64,000 bases of DNA from assembly GCF_965208485.1 (NCBI RefSeq), contig NZ_OZ242344.1:648067-712066 (forward strand). The letters are read 5' to 3'. The translations under genes and the position numbers were made by a program. The first letter of the stretch is position 1. Every line of letters begins with the position of its first letter. Source of the DNA: Candidatus Poriferisodalis sp. Its GTDB lineage: Bacteria; Actinomycetota; Acidimicrobiia; Acidimicrobiales; Poriferisodalaceae. The notes beneath the pieces were generated by a model. It was given only the letters and a program-made list of their open reading frames with translations, searched no databases and was not told the origin of the DNA. This document shows positions 43,946 through 54,176 of the stretch, one piece after another.

Positions 43946-44848
43946 CTAGCTCTTGAGCCGCCGTGCCAGCGTGTCCAGCGTGCGCCGCACTTCGGCTAGC
44001 GCCGTCGATGGATCGTCGCCGGGATCGACCGGGGCGTGGAGACGCAGCCGGCTGCCCCCGGGGACCTGCTCGAGGTCGAATCGCCAGCGGTCGGAGGGCA
44101 CGTCGAGCGATTCGATGACGGGCCCGACCGCGTCGGGCCTGGCCTTCAGATCGATCTCATCGACGACGCCCGGCCCGCCGCGCGTCTTGGTGCGGCCGTA
44201 GCGATCGAAGTAGGCGATATCGGCGGCCGGGTAGCGCCGTGACGTCGGCGTGAAGTCGGTGCCGATCGTGTAGGCCACCGGGAAGAGGCAGACCTGGGTC
44301 ACATGGCCCGGCAGTTCCAGCAGTTCGGCGACGGCCGGCGCCTCGTTCAGAAACATCGTGGTCCAGACGGTTCCCAGGCCTCGGCTTCGGAGCGCGACCA
44401 TGAAGCTCCACGCCGATTGGATCACCGAATCGAACAGACCCGGCCGTCCGCTGCCGTCGTGGCGCCCGAGAATCGTGGGAATAACCAGCGCCGGAGTCCT
44501 CGCGATGTTCTCGCCGAGATGGCGGGCGCCTGCCATCAACCGTTCGTTCTGGTGGCCGCTGCCCTCCAGCCGCTTCGCCGTCTCGATGACCCAGTCGACT
44601 CCGGCCGACAGGTACAGCTCGGCCATCCGGTCCTTGGTCTGCTGATCCCTGATGATCATCCAGCGACGGCTGCCGTTGTTGCCTCCGGTGGGCGCCTGCT
44701 CGGCCACATCGATGCAGTCGAGAATGATTTGGTCATCGACCTCCCGGTCGAAGTCGAGGCGCTGGCGCACGCCGCGGGTCGTCATCAGCGCGTGATCGAC
44801 GACCGCCTGATAGTCGGGCGTGCCCGGTGCGAACGCCGACTCAGCCAT
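43946..44848 (-). CDS. Nitroreductase-family protein with a ~90-aa C-terminal extension
   Basis: MAESAFAPG...TRGVRQRLDFDREVDDQIILDCIDVAEQAPTGGNNGSRRWMIIRD... Full-length paralog of 36215-37141. Start set at the ATG at 44848. Confidence 0.8.
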   Translation of the reverse strand: MAESAFAPGTPDYQAVVDHALMTTRGVRQRLDFDREVDDQIILDCIDVAEQAPTGGNNGSRRWMIIRDQQTKDRMAELYLSAGVDWVIETAKRLEGSGHQNERLMAGARHLGENIARTPALVIPTILGRHDGSGRPGLFDSVIQSAWSFMVALRSRGLGTVWTTMFLNEAPAVAELLELPGHVTQVCLFPVAYTIGTDFTPTSRRYPAADIAYFDRYGRTKTRGGPGVVDEIDLKARPDAVGPVIESLDVPSDRWRFDLEQVPGGSRLRLHAPVDPGDDPSTALAEVRRTLDTLARRLKS

Positions 44849-44887
44849 CAGCAGCGAGGGTAACCGCGCGGCTCTCTGGCCCTGAAG

Positions 44888-44965
44888 GCGATGTCGCAGT
44901 TCTCGTTGCAAACCGACATTGCGAAGTGTTGTCAATCGACATCGCAACATGTTGCAAACCGACAT
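44888..44965. promoter_or_regulatory. Operator-like repeat cluster upstream of the nitroreductase gene
   Basis: The 15-mer gttgcaaaccgacat occurs at 44905-44919 and 44951-44965. Inverted pair gcgatgtcg (44888-44896) / cgacatcgc (44937-44945). Confidence 0.45.
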
Positions 44966-45073
44966 CTAGCAGGCTGCTTGAAATATGCAGGTCTGGCTGG
45001 AAGCGCAAGCCCCTGACCTGCGGGTTTGCAACTGGACACCGCCTGAGAATCGATTTTTTCAGCATCCTGCTAG
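44966..45073. repeat. Structured ~108-nt repeat, copy 2
   Basis: Arms ctagcaggctgcttgaaa (44966-44983) and ttttcagcatcctgctag (45056-45073) pair at 16 of 18 positions. The core at 45011-45030 is identical to 4931-4950. Confidence 0.6.
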
Positions 45074-45076
45074 ACC

Positions 45077-46370
45077 TTGGCAACTACGCTTGAAAATGGG
45101 GACGGCTACTTGGAACGCCTCGCTGACCCGCTGATAGCGGAACTGCTCGCTGCGTTGCCGGCGGTCTCGCTGGTCGGCCCGCGAGCAGCCGGCAAGACAA
45201 CCACCGCCGCCCGGCACGCCAGCAGCATCATTCACTTGGACCGTCCCGCCGAGGCTGACGTGGTTGCTGCCGATCCCGATGCATCGCTCGACGGGCTCGC
45301 AGAGCCGATCCTGCTGGACGAATGGCAGAAGGTGCCCGAGGGCTCGGCGCCGTAAAGCGCGCATGCGACCGTGATCGCCGGCCGGGACGCTTCATCCTGA
45401 CCGGATCGGTGCGAGCTGAGACCGAGCACCGGACATGGCCGGGCACCGGCAGAGTCACCCGCGTGGAGATGTTCCCCTTGACCGTCGGCGAACTGTCGGG
45501 TTCGACAGCCCCGACGCTGGTGGACCGCATCGCCGAGGGCGATCCCGCCCTGACAGGGGGGACCCGCTGGGCTGGCGACGATGCCAGCGGCCCCGCGGGT
45601 GCGGGCGCCGCCGAGAATCTCCGGGACTATGTGCGACTGGCTCTGCAGGGAGGGTTCCCGCAAGCGGCGCTCGGCATGCCCAAGCGCGCTCGGCGACGGT
45701 GGCTCGACACCTACGCCGCGGAAGTCGTCGGCCGCGACGCAGTTCTCGCGGGCAACGCTGTCGACCGGAGCCGGCTGAGGCGCTACTTCGCTGCCTACGC
45801 CCATCAGTGCGCTCGAATCACCGATGACACCCTTCTCTACACCGCTGCGGGCGTCGACCGCCGCAGCGCACATGCATATCTGGATCTGCTCAAACGCATC
45901 TACGTGGTCAGCGAACTGCCCGCGTGGTCGTCGAACCGCACGAAGCGGCTCGTCAAGCGACCGAAGCGATTCCTCGTGGATTCCTCGCTGTTTGCCACGG
46001 CTACCGGTATCACCGAAGCGGAGGTGATGCGCGATGCCGACCTGTTGGGCCGTCTCGTCGAGACGCTCGTCGTGGCGCAGCTTTGAGCACAGGCCACCGT
46101 CAGCGAGCGCCGCTACGCGCTGCATCACTTGCGTCAGCACAACGGTCGGCACGAAGTCGATGTCGTCATCGAACTCGACTCCGGGCACATCATCGGCATC
46201 GAAGTCAAGGCTGCGGCGGCGGTTTCCCGCGATGACGCCCGGCACCTCGCGTGGCTGCGAGACGAGGAAGGCGATCGGTTCCTCGCAGGCGTCGTGCTGC
46301 ACTCCGGCACGGGCATCGTGTCGCTCGCGGACCGCCTGTGGGCGGCGCTCATCGGCAGCCTGTGGCCTAG
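45077..46370 (+). pseudogene. AAA+ ATPase (AAA_14/DUF4143 family), disrupted
   Basis: Walker A GPRAAGKTT lies in one frame (45077-45355). The rest lies in another frame (45322-46086). An in-frame TGA at 46084-46086 is followed by a colinear continuation (HLRQHNGRHEVDVVIELD...). An intact paralog lies at 61282-62454. The 3' limit is approximate. Confidence 0.75.
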
Positions 46371-46588
46371 ATGCTCGCCGCTCGTTATCCCAACCCCGCA
46401 GCGGATTGGAGTTGGGCCGGGAAGCAGCGTTGACGAGCAGCAGGGAGTGTTGTCACCGGTCATTGCGTGGAGTTGCCTCGCAGGCTCCCCGACATGGCCA
46501 CTGGGGGGCTGCCGAACGACGGCTACCGCACACCCGGCATCTAGCAGCCACCCGAGGCCGGCACCCATTTCCTGCTCAGCGATGCGTC

Positions 46589-48199
46589 TCAGCCAAGCGC
46601 TGGTGCGGGGCTCTCCTCGCGGACACCGGTCATCAACAAGCCGACGCGGTCCGTGGTGGCCTCAGATCGGGGCAGATTGCACATGGCACGCCCTTCGAAC
46701 AGCACCACGACCCGATCCGACATCTGCAGTGCTTCGTCGAGATCCTCGGTGATGAGCAGGATTGCCGCTCCCGCTGCACGCTTGGAAAGCAGCCGCTCAT
46801 GCACATACTCGGCCGCCCCGATGTCGATGCCGCGCGTGGGCTGTGCCACGATCAGCACCTCGGCAGCGGCCGAGAATTCCCGCGCGATCACCACCTTCTG
46901 GATGTTGCCGCCCGAGAGGTGCGAAGTCTGCGTGGTGATCGAGGGCGTCTTCACGGTGAAGCGCCGTACGAGCTCCTGGCAGCGCTCGGCGATGACACCG
47001 AATTGCAGGAGTCCCGCCCGCACATAGGGACGGTGCTCGTACTCGACGAGCATGAGGTTTTCTGAGACATTCAGCTCGCCCACCGCGCCGTGGCGCATGC
47101 GCTCTTCGGGCACGAAGGCCACGCCGCGCCGACGCACCGACTTTGGCGTCGGCGTCGCGATGGGCTGACCGGCGACCTCCACCCTGCCGGCTTCTATGGG
47201 CCGCAGTCCAAAGATCGCCTCGGCCAATTCCCGCTGCCCGTTGCCCGACACGCCGGCGATGCCGACGATCTCGCCGCCGGTGACCCGCACCGAGAAGTCG
47301 TCGAGGGCGATGTTGCCCCGATCGCCGCGCACGCTCAGCCCGTCGACGACCAAGCGATCCTCGCCGGTGTCCTGGTCGGGCACGTCACGCACCAGTCGCA
47401 CCTCGCGTCCCACCATCATCGACGCCAAGCCTTCCCGTGAGGTCTCTGCCGGCGTTGTTCGACCGACGACTCGACCGTCGCGCAGCACCGTGATCTGGTC
47501 CGAGATGTCCATGACCTCGGCCAGCTTGTGCGAGATGAAGATGAGTCCGCGTCCCTCGTCGGTCAACGAGCGCAGGGTCGCGAACAGATCCTCGACCTCG
47601 GGCGGCGTGAGCACCGCGGTCGGCTCGTCCAGCACCAGCAGCAGTGCCTCTCGGTAGAGCGCCTTGAGGATCTCCGCCCGTTGACGCTCCCCCACAGCCA
47701 GCTGCCAGATATAGGCGTCGGGATCGATGACGAGGCCATGGCGCTCGGAGACCTCCATGAGCCGTTCGCGTACCGGTGCCATGTCGGCCAGCCCACGCCT
47801 GCCGTGCAGGCCCAACGCGACGTTCTCGGCCACGGTCAGCGTCGGGACCAGCATGAAATGCTGGTGGATCATGCCGATCCCATGGCTGATCGCCTCGGCC
47901 GGCGAGCCGATCTCCACCTGGGAGCCGTTGATCTTGACCTCGCCCTCGTCCGGCCGGTAGAGGCCGTAGAGGATCTTCACCAGCGTGCTCTTGCCGGCGC
48001 CGTTCTCGCCCAGCAGCGTATGGACCTGTCCCCCCAGCACGGTGAGGTCGACGTCCTCATTGGCGATCACACCGGGGAAGCGCTTGGTGATGCCGGTCAT
48101 CTCCAGCATCGGCGACGCCGGGGCGCGGCCCTGCAGCGCATCCGCAGATGCACCCAGCGCCGCGGCTCCGGCTGCCGTGATGTCTGTTGGTTCGGCCAT
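46589..48199 (-). CDS. ABC transporter ATP-binding protein, duplicated ATPase (CUT2/BMP-type importer)
   Basis: Two nucleotide-binding domains: GENGAGKST..., LVLDEPT..., then GVSGNGQREL... Start set at the ATG at 48199 (MAEPTD). Confidence 0.9.
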   Translation of the reverse strand: MAEPTDITAAGAAALGASADALQGRAPASPMLEMTGITKRFPGVIANEDVDLTVLGGQVHTLLGENGAGKSTLVKILYGLYRPDEGEVKINGSQVEIGSPAEAISHGIGMIHQHFMLVPTLTVAENVALGLHGRRGLADMAPVRERLMEVSERHGLVIDPDAYIWQLAVGERQRAEILKALYREALLLVLDEPTAVLTPPEVEDLFATLRSLTDEGRGLIFISHKLAEVMDISDQITVLRDGRVVGRTTPAETSREGLASMMVGREVRLVRDVPDQDTGEDRLVVDGLSVRGDRGNIALDDFSVRVTGGEIVGIAGVSGNGQRELAEAIFGLRPIEAGRVEVAGQPIATPTPKSVRRRGVAFVPEERMRHGAVGELNVSENLMLVEYEHRPYVRAGLLQFGVIAERCQELVRRFTVKTPSITTQTSHLSGGNIQKVVIAREFSAAAEVLIVAQPTRGIDIGAAEYVHERLLSKRAAGAAILLITEDLDEALQMSDRVVVLFEGRAMCNLPRSEATTDRVGLLMTGVREESPAPALG

Positions 48200-48281
48200 A
48201 CGCGGAGTGCAGCCGATCAGGCCGGCGGGGTCCGCTCGGCTGGTGCGGCTTGTCCGTGCTGGCCGTTCAACGTGATCTTGC

Positions 48282-49280
48282 CTACTGGCCGGTCGAGATC
48301 GAGCCGTCCGCGATGCCCGCGATGGTTGCCTCCGCAGCCTCTTGGATCGCTGGATCAAGGCCGTAGCCGTCGTTGAACTCGATCACGATGCCGCCATTGG
48401 CAAGTGTGGCAGTCATCACCTCGCCGCCGAGCGTGCCTGCTTCGATCTTGTCGATCATCTCGTTGAGCAGCACTTCCCAGTGGTACACCTGCGAAGCCAC
48501 CACGATGCTCTCGCCGAGGGCGGTCTGATTGGCCTGGGTGCCGAACCACGCCACGCCGTGCTCGTTGGCGACTCCGGTGGCACCGACGACCATCTGCGCC
48601 GAGCCGGTCAGCACGTCGGCGTCGTTGGAAATGTGAGCCTCAGCAGCTTCAGCCGCCAGCGCCACGTCGCTGAACGAATCCGTGTACACGATGTTGGTCG
48701 TTACCGAGGAATCAGTCGCCGCCACCCCGGCTGCGAATCCGTCGACGTAGAGCTTCGCGTCGCCGACCTCGACCGGGCCGATAACGCCGACCACACCGGT
48801 CTGGCTGATCTGCGCTGCCACGGTGCCTGACACGTACCCGCCCTCGTCGGAGCGCACCGTGTAGGCGAACACGTTGTCCAAGCCCTTGTAGTCCGCAGCG
48901 GTGCCCCAGGCGAATGACGTGTCCGGGAAGTCCGGTGCGATCTCCTCGAGCGGGCCGCCGTACTGGCTGCCGTGGGCGATGACCAAGTCGAAGCCGTCCT
49001 CTGCATATCCGCGGATCGCGGCAGCGGCTTCCTCGACGATGAACGTGCCGTCGGTCACCGCGACTTCGATCTCGCGCGTCGCGCCGACCACATTCACCGC
49101 GTCGTCCATGCTCTGCGTGAAGGCCAAGTCGTTGCTGGCACTCGGCGCGACGATGGCGATCCTGAGCGGACCTGCCTCTTCCTCATCGTCACCGGTGCAG
49201 CCAGCGGCGAGCAGTAGTACAACTGCCGCCACTGCTACGAATCTCGTCGCAAGCGATCTCCGTGTGCTGTCTCTGAACAT
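48282..49280 (-). CDS. BMP-family (basic membrane lipoprotein) ABC substrate-binding lipoprotein
   Basis: Signal peptide plus lipobox LLAAGC, then typical BMP/PnrA-like blocks (IAIVAPSASNDLAFTQS..., VGVIGPVEVGDAKLY). Confidence 0.85.
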   Translation of the reverse strand: MFRDSTRRSLATRFVAVAAVVLLLAAGCTGDDEEEAGPLRIAIVAPSASNDLAFTQSMDDAVNVVGATREIEVAVTDGTFIVEEAAAAIRGYAEDGFDLVIAHGSQYGGPLEEIAPDFPDTSFAWGTAADYKGLDNVFAYTVRSDEGGYVSGTVAAQISQTGVVGVIGPVEVGDAKLYVDGFAAGVAATDSSVTTNIVYTDSFSDVALAAEAAEAHISNDADVLTGSAQMVVGATGVANEHGVAWFGTQANQTALGESIVVASQVYHWEVLLNEMIDKIEAGTLGGEVMTATLANGGIVIEFNDGYGLDPAIQEAAEATIAGIADGSISTGQ

Positions 49281-49411
49281 GTGACCCTCCCGGATCGGCC
49301 CAGCCATGGGTTCTCGCTGCAGGTGCGCACTGAGAAGCGGCGCGGCAGATCGGAGCCACGGGCCTGCAGGCGATGCTAGGTCACGCCCACGGCTCGGTGT
49401 GCCCTGCTGCG

Positions 49412-50344
49412 TCAGTTGTCCCGGTCGAAGGGCACCGTCAGCGCAGACGGAGCCCCGATACGGCGGCTGACGAGCACGAGCACCACGATGGTCAGGATCG
49501 CCGGCGCCATTGCAGCAATGGTCGAGTTGGCGCCGACGATGATGCCGAGGGTCTTGAGCTGCAGCACGGTGGATGACACGACGCCGAACAGCAACGCGCC
49601 CGCCATTACCCCGCTCGAGCGCCACGCGCCGAAGTACACGAGCGCAACGGCGATGAAGCCTTGCCCTGAGGTGAGGTTCTGCTGGAAGATGCCGACATCG
49701 AGGGCCAGCGTGCCGCCCGCAAGGCCAGCCATCATGTTGCCGATGATGATCGCCTGCGTCCGCACCACGTTGACTCTCACACCGAGTGTGTCAGCTGCTT
49801 CGGGCGTCTCGCCCACGGCTCGCACGTTGAGACCGAAGGTGGTGCGGTTCATGGCGAACCACACCACCGGCACCAATGCGAATGCGACGTAGGTGAGCAC
49901 GCTGTGCTGGAAGAACAGTTCTCCCACCACGGGCAGATCCGAGAGGCCGCCCAGGTCGAGACCGCGAAGGCCGTCGATCGGCACCGGCGTGCCGACCTGG
50001 TGACGGAAAAGCAGGTCGGTGAAGCCCAGGCCGAACAGGAAGATCCCGATGCCGCTGATGCCTTGGGTGGCATGCATCACGACGGTGATGAAGGCGTACA
50101 CGACGCCCATGAGCGCACCTGCGCCGATGGCTGCCAACACACCGGCGAAGACGCTGCCCGTCCGCAGTGCCGTGATGTACGCCGCGTACGCACCGATCAG
50201 CATGACGCCCTCGACGCCTAGGTTCAGCACGCCGGCTCGCTGACCGATCGTCTCGCCCAAGGCAGACAGCAGGAACGGTGTGGCCAGCCGGATGCCGGAC
50301 GCCAGTGTGGCAACCAGCACGCTCACGGTGAAGAAATCGCTCAC
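49412..50344 (-). CDS. ABC transporter permease
   Basis: Polytopic, with LSALGETIGQRAGVLNLGVEGVMLIGAY. The GTG at 50344 overlaps the upstream permease stop (GTGA). Confidence 0.85.
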   Translation of the reverse strand: MSDFFTVSVLVATLASGIRLATPFLLSALGETIGQRAGVLNLGVEGVMLIGAYAAYITALRTGSVFAGVLAAIGAGALMGVVYAFITVVMHATQGISGIGIFLFGLGFTDLLFRHQVGTPVPIDGLRGLDLGGLSDLPVVGELFFQHSVLTYVAFALVPVVWFAMNRTTFGLNVRAVGETPEAADTLGVRVNVVRTQAIIIGNMMAGLAGGTLALDVGIFQQNLTSGQGFIAVALVYFGAWRSSGVMAGALLFGVVSSTVLQLKTLGIIVGANSTIAAMAPAILTIVVLVLVSRRIGAPSALTVPFDRDN

Positions 50345-51489
50345 GCCCGGCCCCCGTAGCTCGAGATGCCGCCTGCCCAGGTTCTGAGCCGGTCTCGCAA
50401 GCGCAGGCTCCCAACCACGAACACCACGACGACGCCGTTCAGCGCCACCACCAGTGCCGCAGGCACCTGTGTAGCTCGCTGCATGTCGCTGCCGCCGGTG
50501 AGCATGCCGCCGAACAGGAACGACGCCGGCACCGTGAAGATCGGGTGCAGTGCGCCGAACAGCGCTGCCACGATGCCGTTGAAGCCGGCGTTCTGGGTGA
50601 ACGCCGCGGCACCGCCCTCGCCGATGAGACGGTGCGACTCGCTGCCGAACACCAGGACCGCCCCGGCGATGCCGCAACAGGCGCCGCTGAATGCGAGTGC
50701 CTGGGTGATGCTCTTGCGCACGGCCATGCCGGCGTACTGGGACGCGTCAGGGTTGTGCCCCACCGATCGCAGCCGCATGCCGAGTGCGCTGCGGAACAGC
50801 AGCAGGTAGCCCAGCACCGCCACCAGAATTGCGATGAGCACGCCGATGTGCAGCCGGGTCCCGCCAGGCAGCAGCGGCAAGTCGGCGTTCTCGCTGAGGC
50901 GACGTGTCTGCTGGATCTTGATGTCGCCCGGCTCGATCAGCAGATCCTGCAGCAGGAAGCTGAGAAAGTGAAACGCAACGAGGTTCATCATGATGGTGGA
51001 CAGGATCTCGTTGACGCCCGCGTAGGCCTTGAGCGCTCCGGGAATCGCACCCCAGAAGCCGCCGCCGATCGCCCCTGCGATGACGACCATGGGCACCAGC
51101 AGGACCCGGGGCATGTCGTCGAATGCCATCGAGGTGACCGTCGCCGCGATGGCGCCCAGAATGATCTGACCCTCACCGCCGATGTTGATCACGTCAGTGC
51201 GGAAGGCGATGCAGATGCCCACACCGACGAGGGCGAGCGGCATGGCCCGCACAGCGGTGTCAGCGAGATTGTCCGCACTGCCGAAGGCACCGGTAAGGAG
51301 CTCCCGGTACGCCACGAGCGGGTTGGCACCGAAGGCGAGAAGCATGGCCGCGCCGACGAGGAGCGCCGCAAGGGCGGCCGTCGCCGGCACGGCAATGCCG
51401 ACGAACGGGCGCAGCAGCCGCGCGAGCCTGCTGGCCGTCAGATCCGGCGCGGCATCGTCGGGGTCCGCCGACAGCTGTCCGAGTGCCAT
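50341..51489 (-). CDS. ABC transporter permease
   Basis: 382 aa, polytopic, with NIGGEGQIILGAIAA. Confidence 0.85.
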   Translation of the reverse strand: MALGQLSADPDDAAPDLTASRLARLLRPFVGIAVPATAALAALLVGAAMLLAFGANPLVAYRELLTGAFGSADNLADTAVRAMPLALVGVGICIAFRTDVINIGGEGQIILGAIAATVTSMAFDDMPRVLLVPMVVIAGAIGGGFWGAIPGALKAYAGVNEILSTIMMNLVAFHFLSFLLQDLLIEPGDIKIQQTRRLSENADLPLLPGGTRLHIGVLIAILVAVLGYLLLFRSALGMRLRSVGHNPDASQYAGMAVRKSITQALAFSGACCGIAGAVLVFGSESHRLIGEGGAAAFTQNAGFNGIVAALFGALHPIFTVPASFLFGGMLTGGSDMQRATQVPAALVVALNGVVVVFVVGSLRLRDRLRTWAGGISSYGGRA

Positions 51490-51580
51490 GCCCCCTCCCC
51501 CGTGTCCGACTGCACGTGAGCGTTCAAAATACTGCGGTCAGGCTGTGCCCGATGGTCCTCGCTGAGCCTTGCAGGCCTCA

Positions 51581-52744
51581 TCAGGCAGCGGTGAGGACTC
51601 GGCCCACTTCGGTATGGGGCCGGCCGACGATGCGCTCGTAGTTGGGCGGGTCGGTCGCTCCCTCGGTGACCATGATGAGCACGGTCGCGCTCGCGGGGTC
51701 CGCCAGCGCTCCGCGGCCGTGCTCATCGGCGAGCAGCGCTCGCACCCCGGCCAGCGAAGCGCTGCCGGTCTCGCCCGCGACAACCTGAGCATCGGCCAGG
51801 TCGGCCATCGCCCGGCCTGCCGCGTCGCTGTCCACCGACACGCACCACTCCACGCCGCTGGCCATCATCGGCCACGCCAGCGGCGAGGGCACGCCGCAGT
51901 TGAGCCCCACCATGATCGAGCGATGCGGTCCCGGCGTCTCGGTGATCTCCCCGTTCAGGGTGGAGAGCTGCACGCAGTTGGCGTCGTCGGGCTCTACCGA
52001 TACCAGCACCGGGCGGTGATTGCCGCTGCGGAAATGTGTGACCGCCGCGGCCATGAACGCCCCGACGCCGACGGGCGCCGCCACGAGATCGGGCGGGGCG
52101 ATGCCGTTGGCCGCCAGCGCATCGTCAACCTCGGCGAAGATGGTCGTGTAGCCCTCGGCGACATTGGCGGGGATGGTCTCGTAACCGGGCCACGAGGTGT
52201 CCGACACCACCAGGCAACGATCGCTTGCCATCTCGGCGCTCTGTTCGATCGCATCGTCATAGGTGCCGTCCACCACCGTCACCGTTGCACTCTCGCCTTC
52301 GATGGCTGAGATACGGGACTCCGACGTGCCGTCGGGCACGAGGATGTGCGCGTCGAATCCCAGCAGGCGTGCCATGAAGGCAACAGCCCGGCCGTGATTG
52401 CCGTCGGTAGCGGCGGCCAAGGTCATGGGCCGCAGACGGGCCAGGCTGGCAGCCAACTCGTTGATGTTCGCCCACGGTGCCGGCTCACCGCCGATGTGCT
52501 CGCAGACTGCCCGGTAGGACGCCCAGGAGGCGCCGAGGATCTTGAACGACGGCAGCCCCATGCGCTGGGTCTCGGCCTTCACCAGCACTCGACCCACGCC
52601 CAGACTGTCTGCCAATTGCGGCGCGTCGATGACCAGGGTCGGCGCATACGCCGGCAGACGCCGGTGAAATGCGAGCACCTCGGGCGGTGCAGCAGGCCAG
52701 TCACGCCCGTCGAACAGCGGATTGCGAGTCACCAGTGCCGTCAT
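51581..52744 (-). CDS. dpaL: Diaminopropionate ammonia-lyase (PLP-dependent, YgeX-type)
   Basis: PSFKILGA (PLP lysine), ATDGNHGRAVAFMA, DTSWPGYETIPANVAEGYTTIF: colinear with E. coli YgeX blocks as I recall them. Start set at the ATG at 52744. Confidence 0.8.
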   Translation of the reverse strand: MTALVTRNPLFDGRDWPAAPPEVLAFHRRLPAYAPTLVIDAPQLADSLGVGRVLVKAETQRMGLPSFKILGASWASYRAVCEHIGGEPAPWANINELAASLARLRPMTLAAATDGNHGRAVAFMARLLGFDAHILVPDGTSESRISAIEGESATVTVVDGTYDDAIEQSAEMASDRCLVVSDTSWPGYETIPANVAEGYTTIFAEVDDALAANGIAPPDLVAAPVGVGAFMAAAVTHFRSGNHRPVLVSVEPDDANCVQLSTLNGEITETPGPHRSIMVGLNCGVPSPLAWPMMASGVEWCVSVDSDAAGRAMADLADAQVVAGETGSASLAGVRALLADEHGRGALADPASATVLIMVTEGATDPPNYERIVGRPHTEVGRVLTAA

Positions 52745-52835
52745 GACCGCCTGCTCCTCTCGCGTTCTCGGCGGGGATCGCTGTGGCAGCCCCGCCATCC
52801 CGGCTCCTGCGTCGACGCCGTCACGTTCGAACGGC

Positions 52836-53951
52836 TCAATCGAGCGTCTCCAAGGCTGCGAAGAGCCGCTGGGCCTGTTCGGCCGCCTTGGCACGCACTT
52901 CGTCGGGGTCGACGCGGGTGGCGATGCCGTTCGACAGCACCACCTCACCGTCGATCGTGATGTCGAGCGGGTGCACGCCGGGCGTGTAGGCGAGATGCCA
53001 CGGGTCGGCGCGGGGATACGACCAGCGCACCGCGTCGTCGCGGGCTTCGGGCATCAGCTCCAACCCGGTCGCGAGCCATGCCCACGGCCCCTCAGGCGTG
53101 GCAGTCACGTCGTGCTCGCGCAGCCGGGCATAGGCCACCCGGAACTCGTCGAGCATGTCGGCGCCGATGCCGTCGGTGCCGAGCGCGATCGGATTCGCGC
53201 CGGCCAAGCGGTTCGGGTCGGCATAGCCGACCGCGTTGTTCATGTTGGACCGCGGGTTGTGCACGATCGTGCCTTCGAGCCCGTGGTCGTCCTGCAAGTG
53301 CACGGCGTGGATGAGCAGCCAACGCTCGTCGGTCAGGCCGGCCAGCCGATCGGCGGCGCCGGCGTCAGGCGGGCCTTCGGCCACGTGAATGTGTACGCCC
53401 ACGTCGTGGCGGCAGGCGAGATCGGCGGCCTCAGCCAACGTGTCGTCAGAGCAGGTGAAGGCCGCATGAACCCCGATGTACCCGCGGCCGCCCGCAGCGA
53501 GATAGCGGTCGTTCTCCGCCAGTCCCCGCCTGGCCCCATCGGCGCCGTGACGGTCGGTGACGCCGTAACAGCAGCTGATCCGCACGCCGACCTCGGCGCA
53601 GGCCCCGGCGATCACATCCAGCGAGCCCTCGATGGCGTTCGGCGACTCGTGATGATCCACAATGGCAGTGCAGCCCGCCTCCAGCGCTTCGAGTGCACCC
53701 AGCTTCGCCGACCACTCCAGCATCTCGAGGTCAAGCGCCCGGTCGAGCCGCCACCACACCAACTCGAGAATCTCAGCGAAGCCGCCAGGCGTGCGCGGCG
53801 GGGCCGGCATGCCCCTCGCCAGCGCCGAATAGAGGTGGTGATGCGAGCACACCAGTCCCGGCGTCACCGCACCCCCCTCGCTCACGGCTGCGAGCGTAAC
53901 CCTCGTACTGCAACCTGCTGAGCCGCGCTCGTCGGCAGCGCCGACCGGCAC
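52836..53951 (-). CDS. ssnA: SsnA-type aminohydrolase (chlorohydrolase/deaminase superfamily), N-terminus apparently shortened
   Basis: TPGLVCSHHHLYSALARG...LVWWRLDRALD...AIVDHHESPNAIEGSL...HNPRSNMNNAVGY...LGTDGIGADM, colinear with E. coli SsnA as recalled. Only ~30 aa precede the HxH motif. Confidence 0.8.
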   Translation of the reverse strand: MPVGAADERGSAGCSTRVTLAAVSEGGAVTPGLVCSHHHLYSALARGMPAPPRTPGGFAEILELVWWRLDRALDLEMLEWSAKLGALEALEAGCTAIVDHHESPNAIEGSLDVIAGACAEVGVRISCCYGVTDRHGADGARRGLAENDRYLAAGGRGYIGVHAAFTCSDDTLAEAADLACRHDVGVHIHVAEGPPDAGAADRLAGLTDERWLLIHAVHLQDDHGLEGTIVHNPRSNMNNAVGYADPNRLAGANPIALGTDGIGADMLDEFRVAYARLREHDVTATPEGPWAWLATGLELMPEARDDAVRWSYPRADPWHLAYTPGVHPLDITIDGEVVLSNGIATRVDPDEVRAKAAEQAQRLFAALETLD

Positions 53952-54176
53952 GGGGTCTGTCGAAATTCCTGAATATCCGGCGGCACGAAGGAATCCACCT
54001 CGAGGTAGCAGCCGTCCGCTAGCTCTGACAGCGTGCAGCGCGGGCCCGATTCAGGGACGCCCACGGTCGGAAGTTCAGTGCAGACCGAGCAGAACCAAAC
54101 TACGACCCGGCAGCCCTGCCGGAACTGCGCGCCGAGGCTCGGAGCACGCGTTCCCATCAGCGTTCGCGATCCGCTG

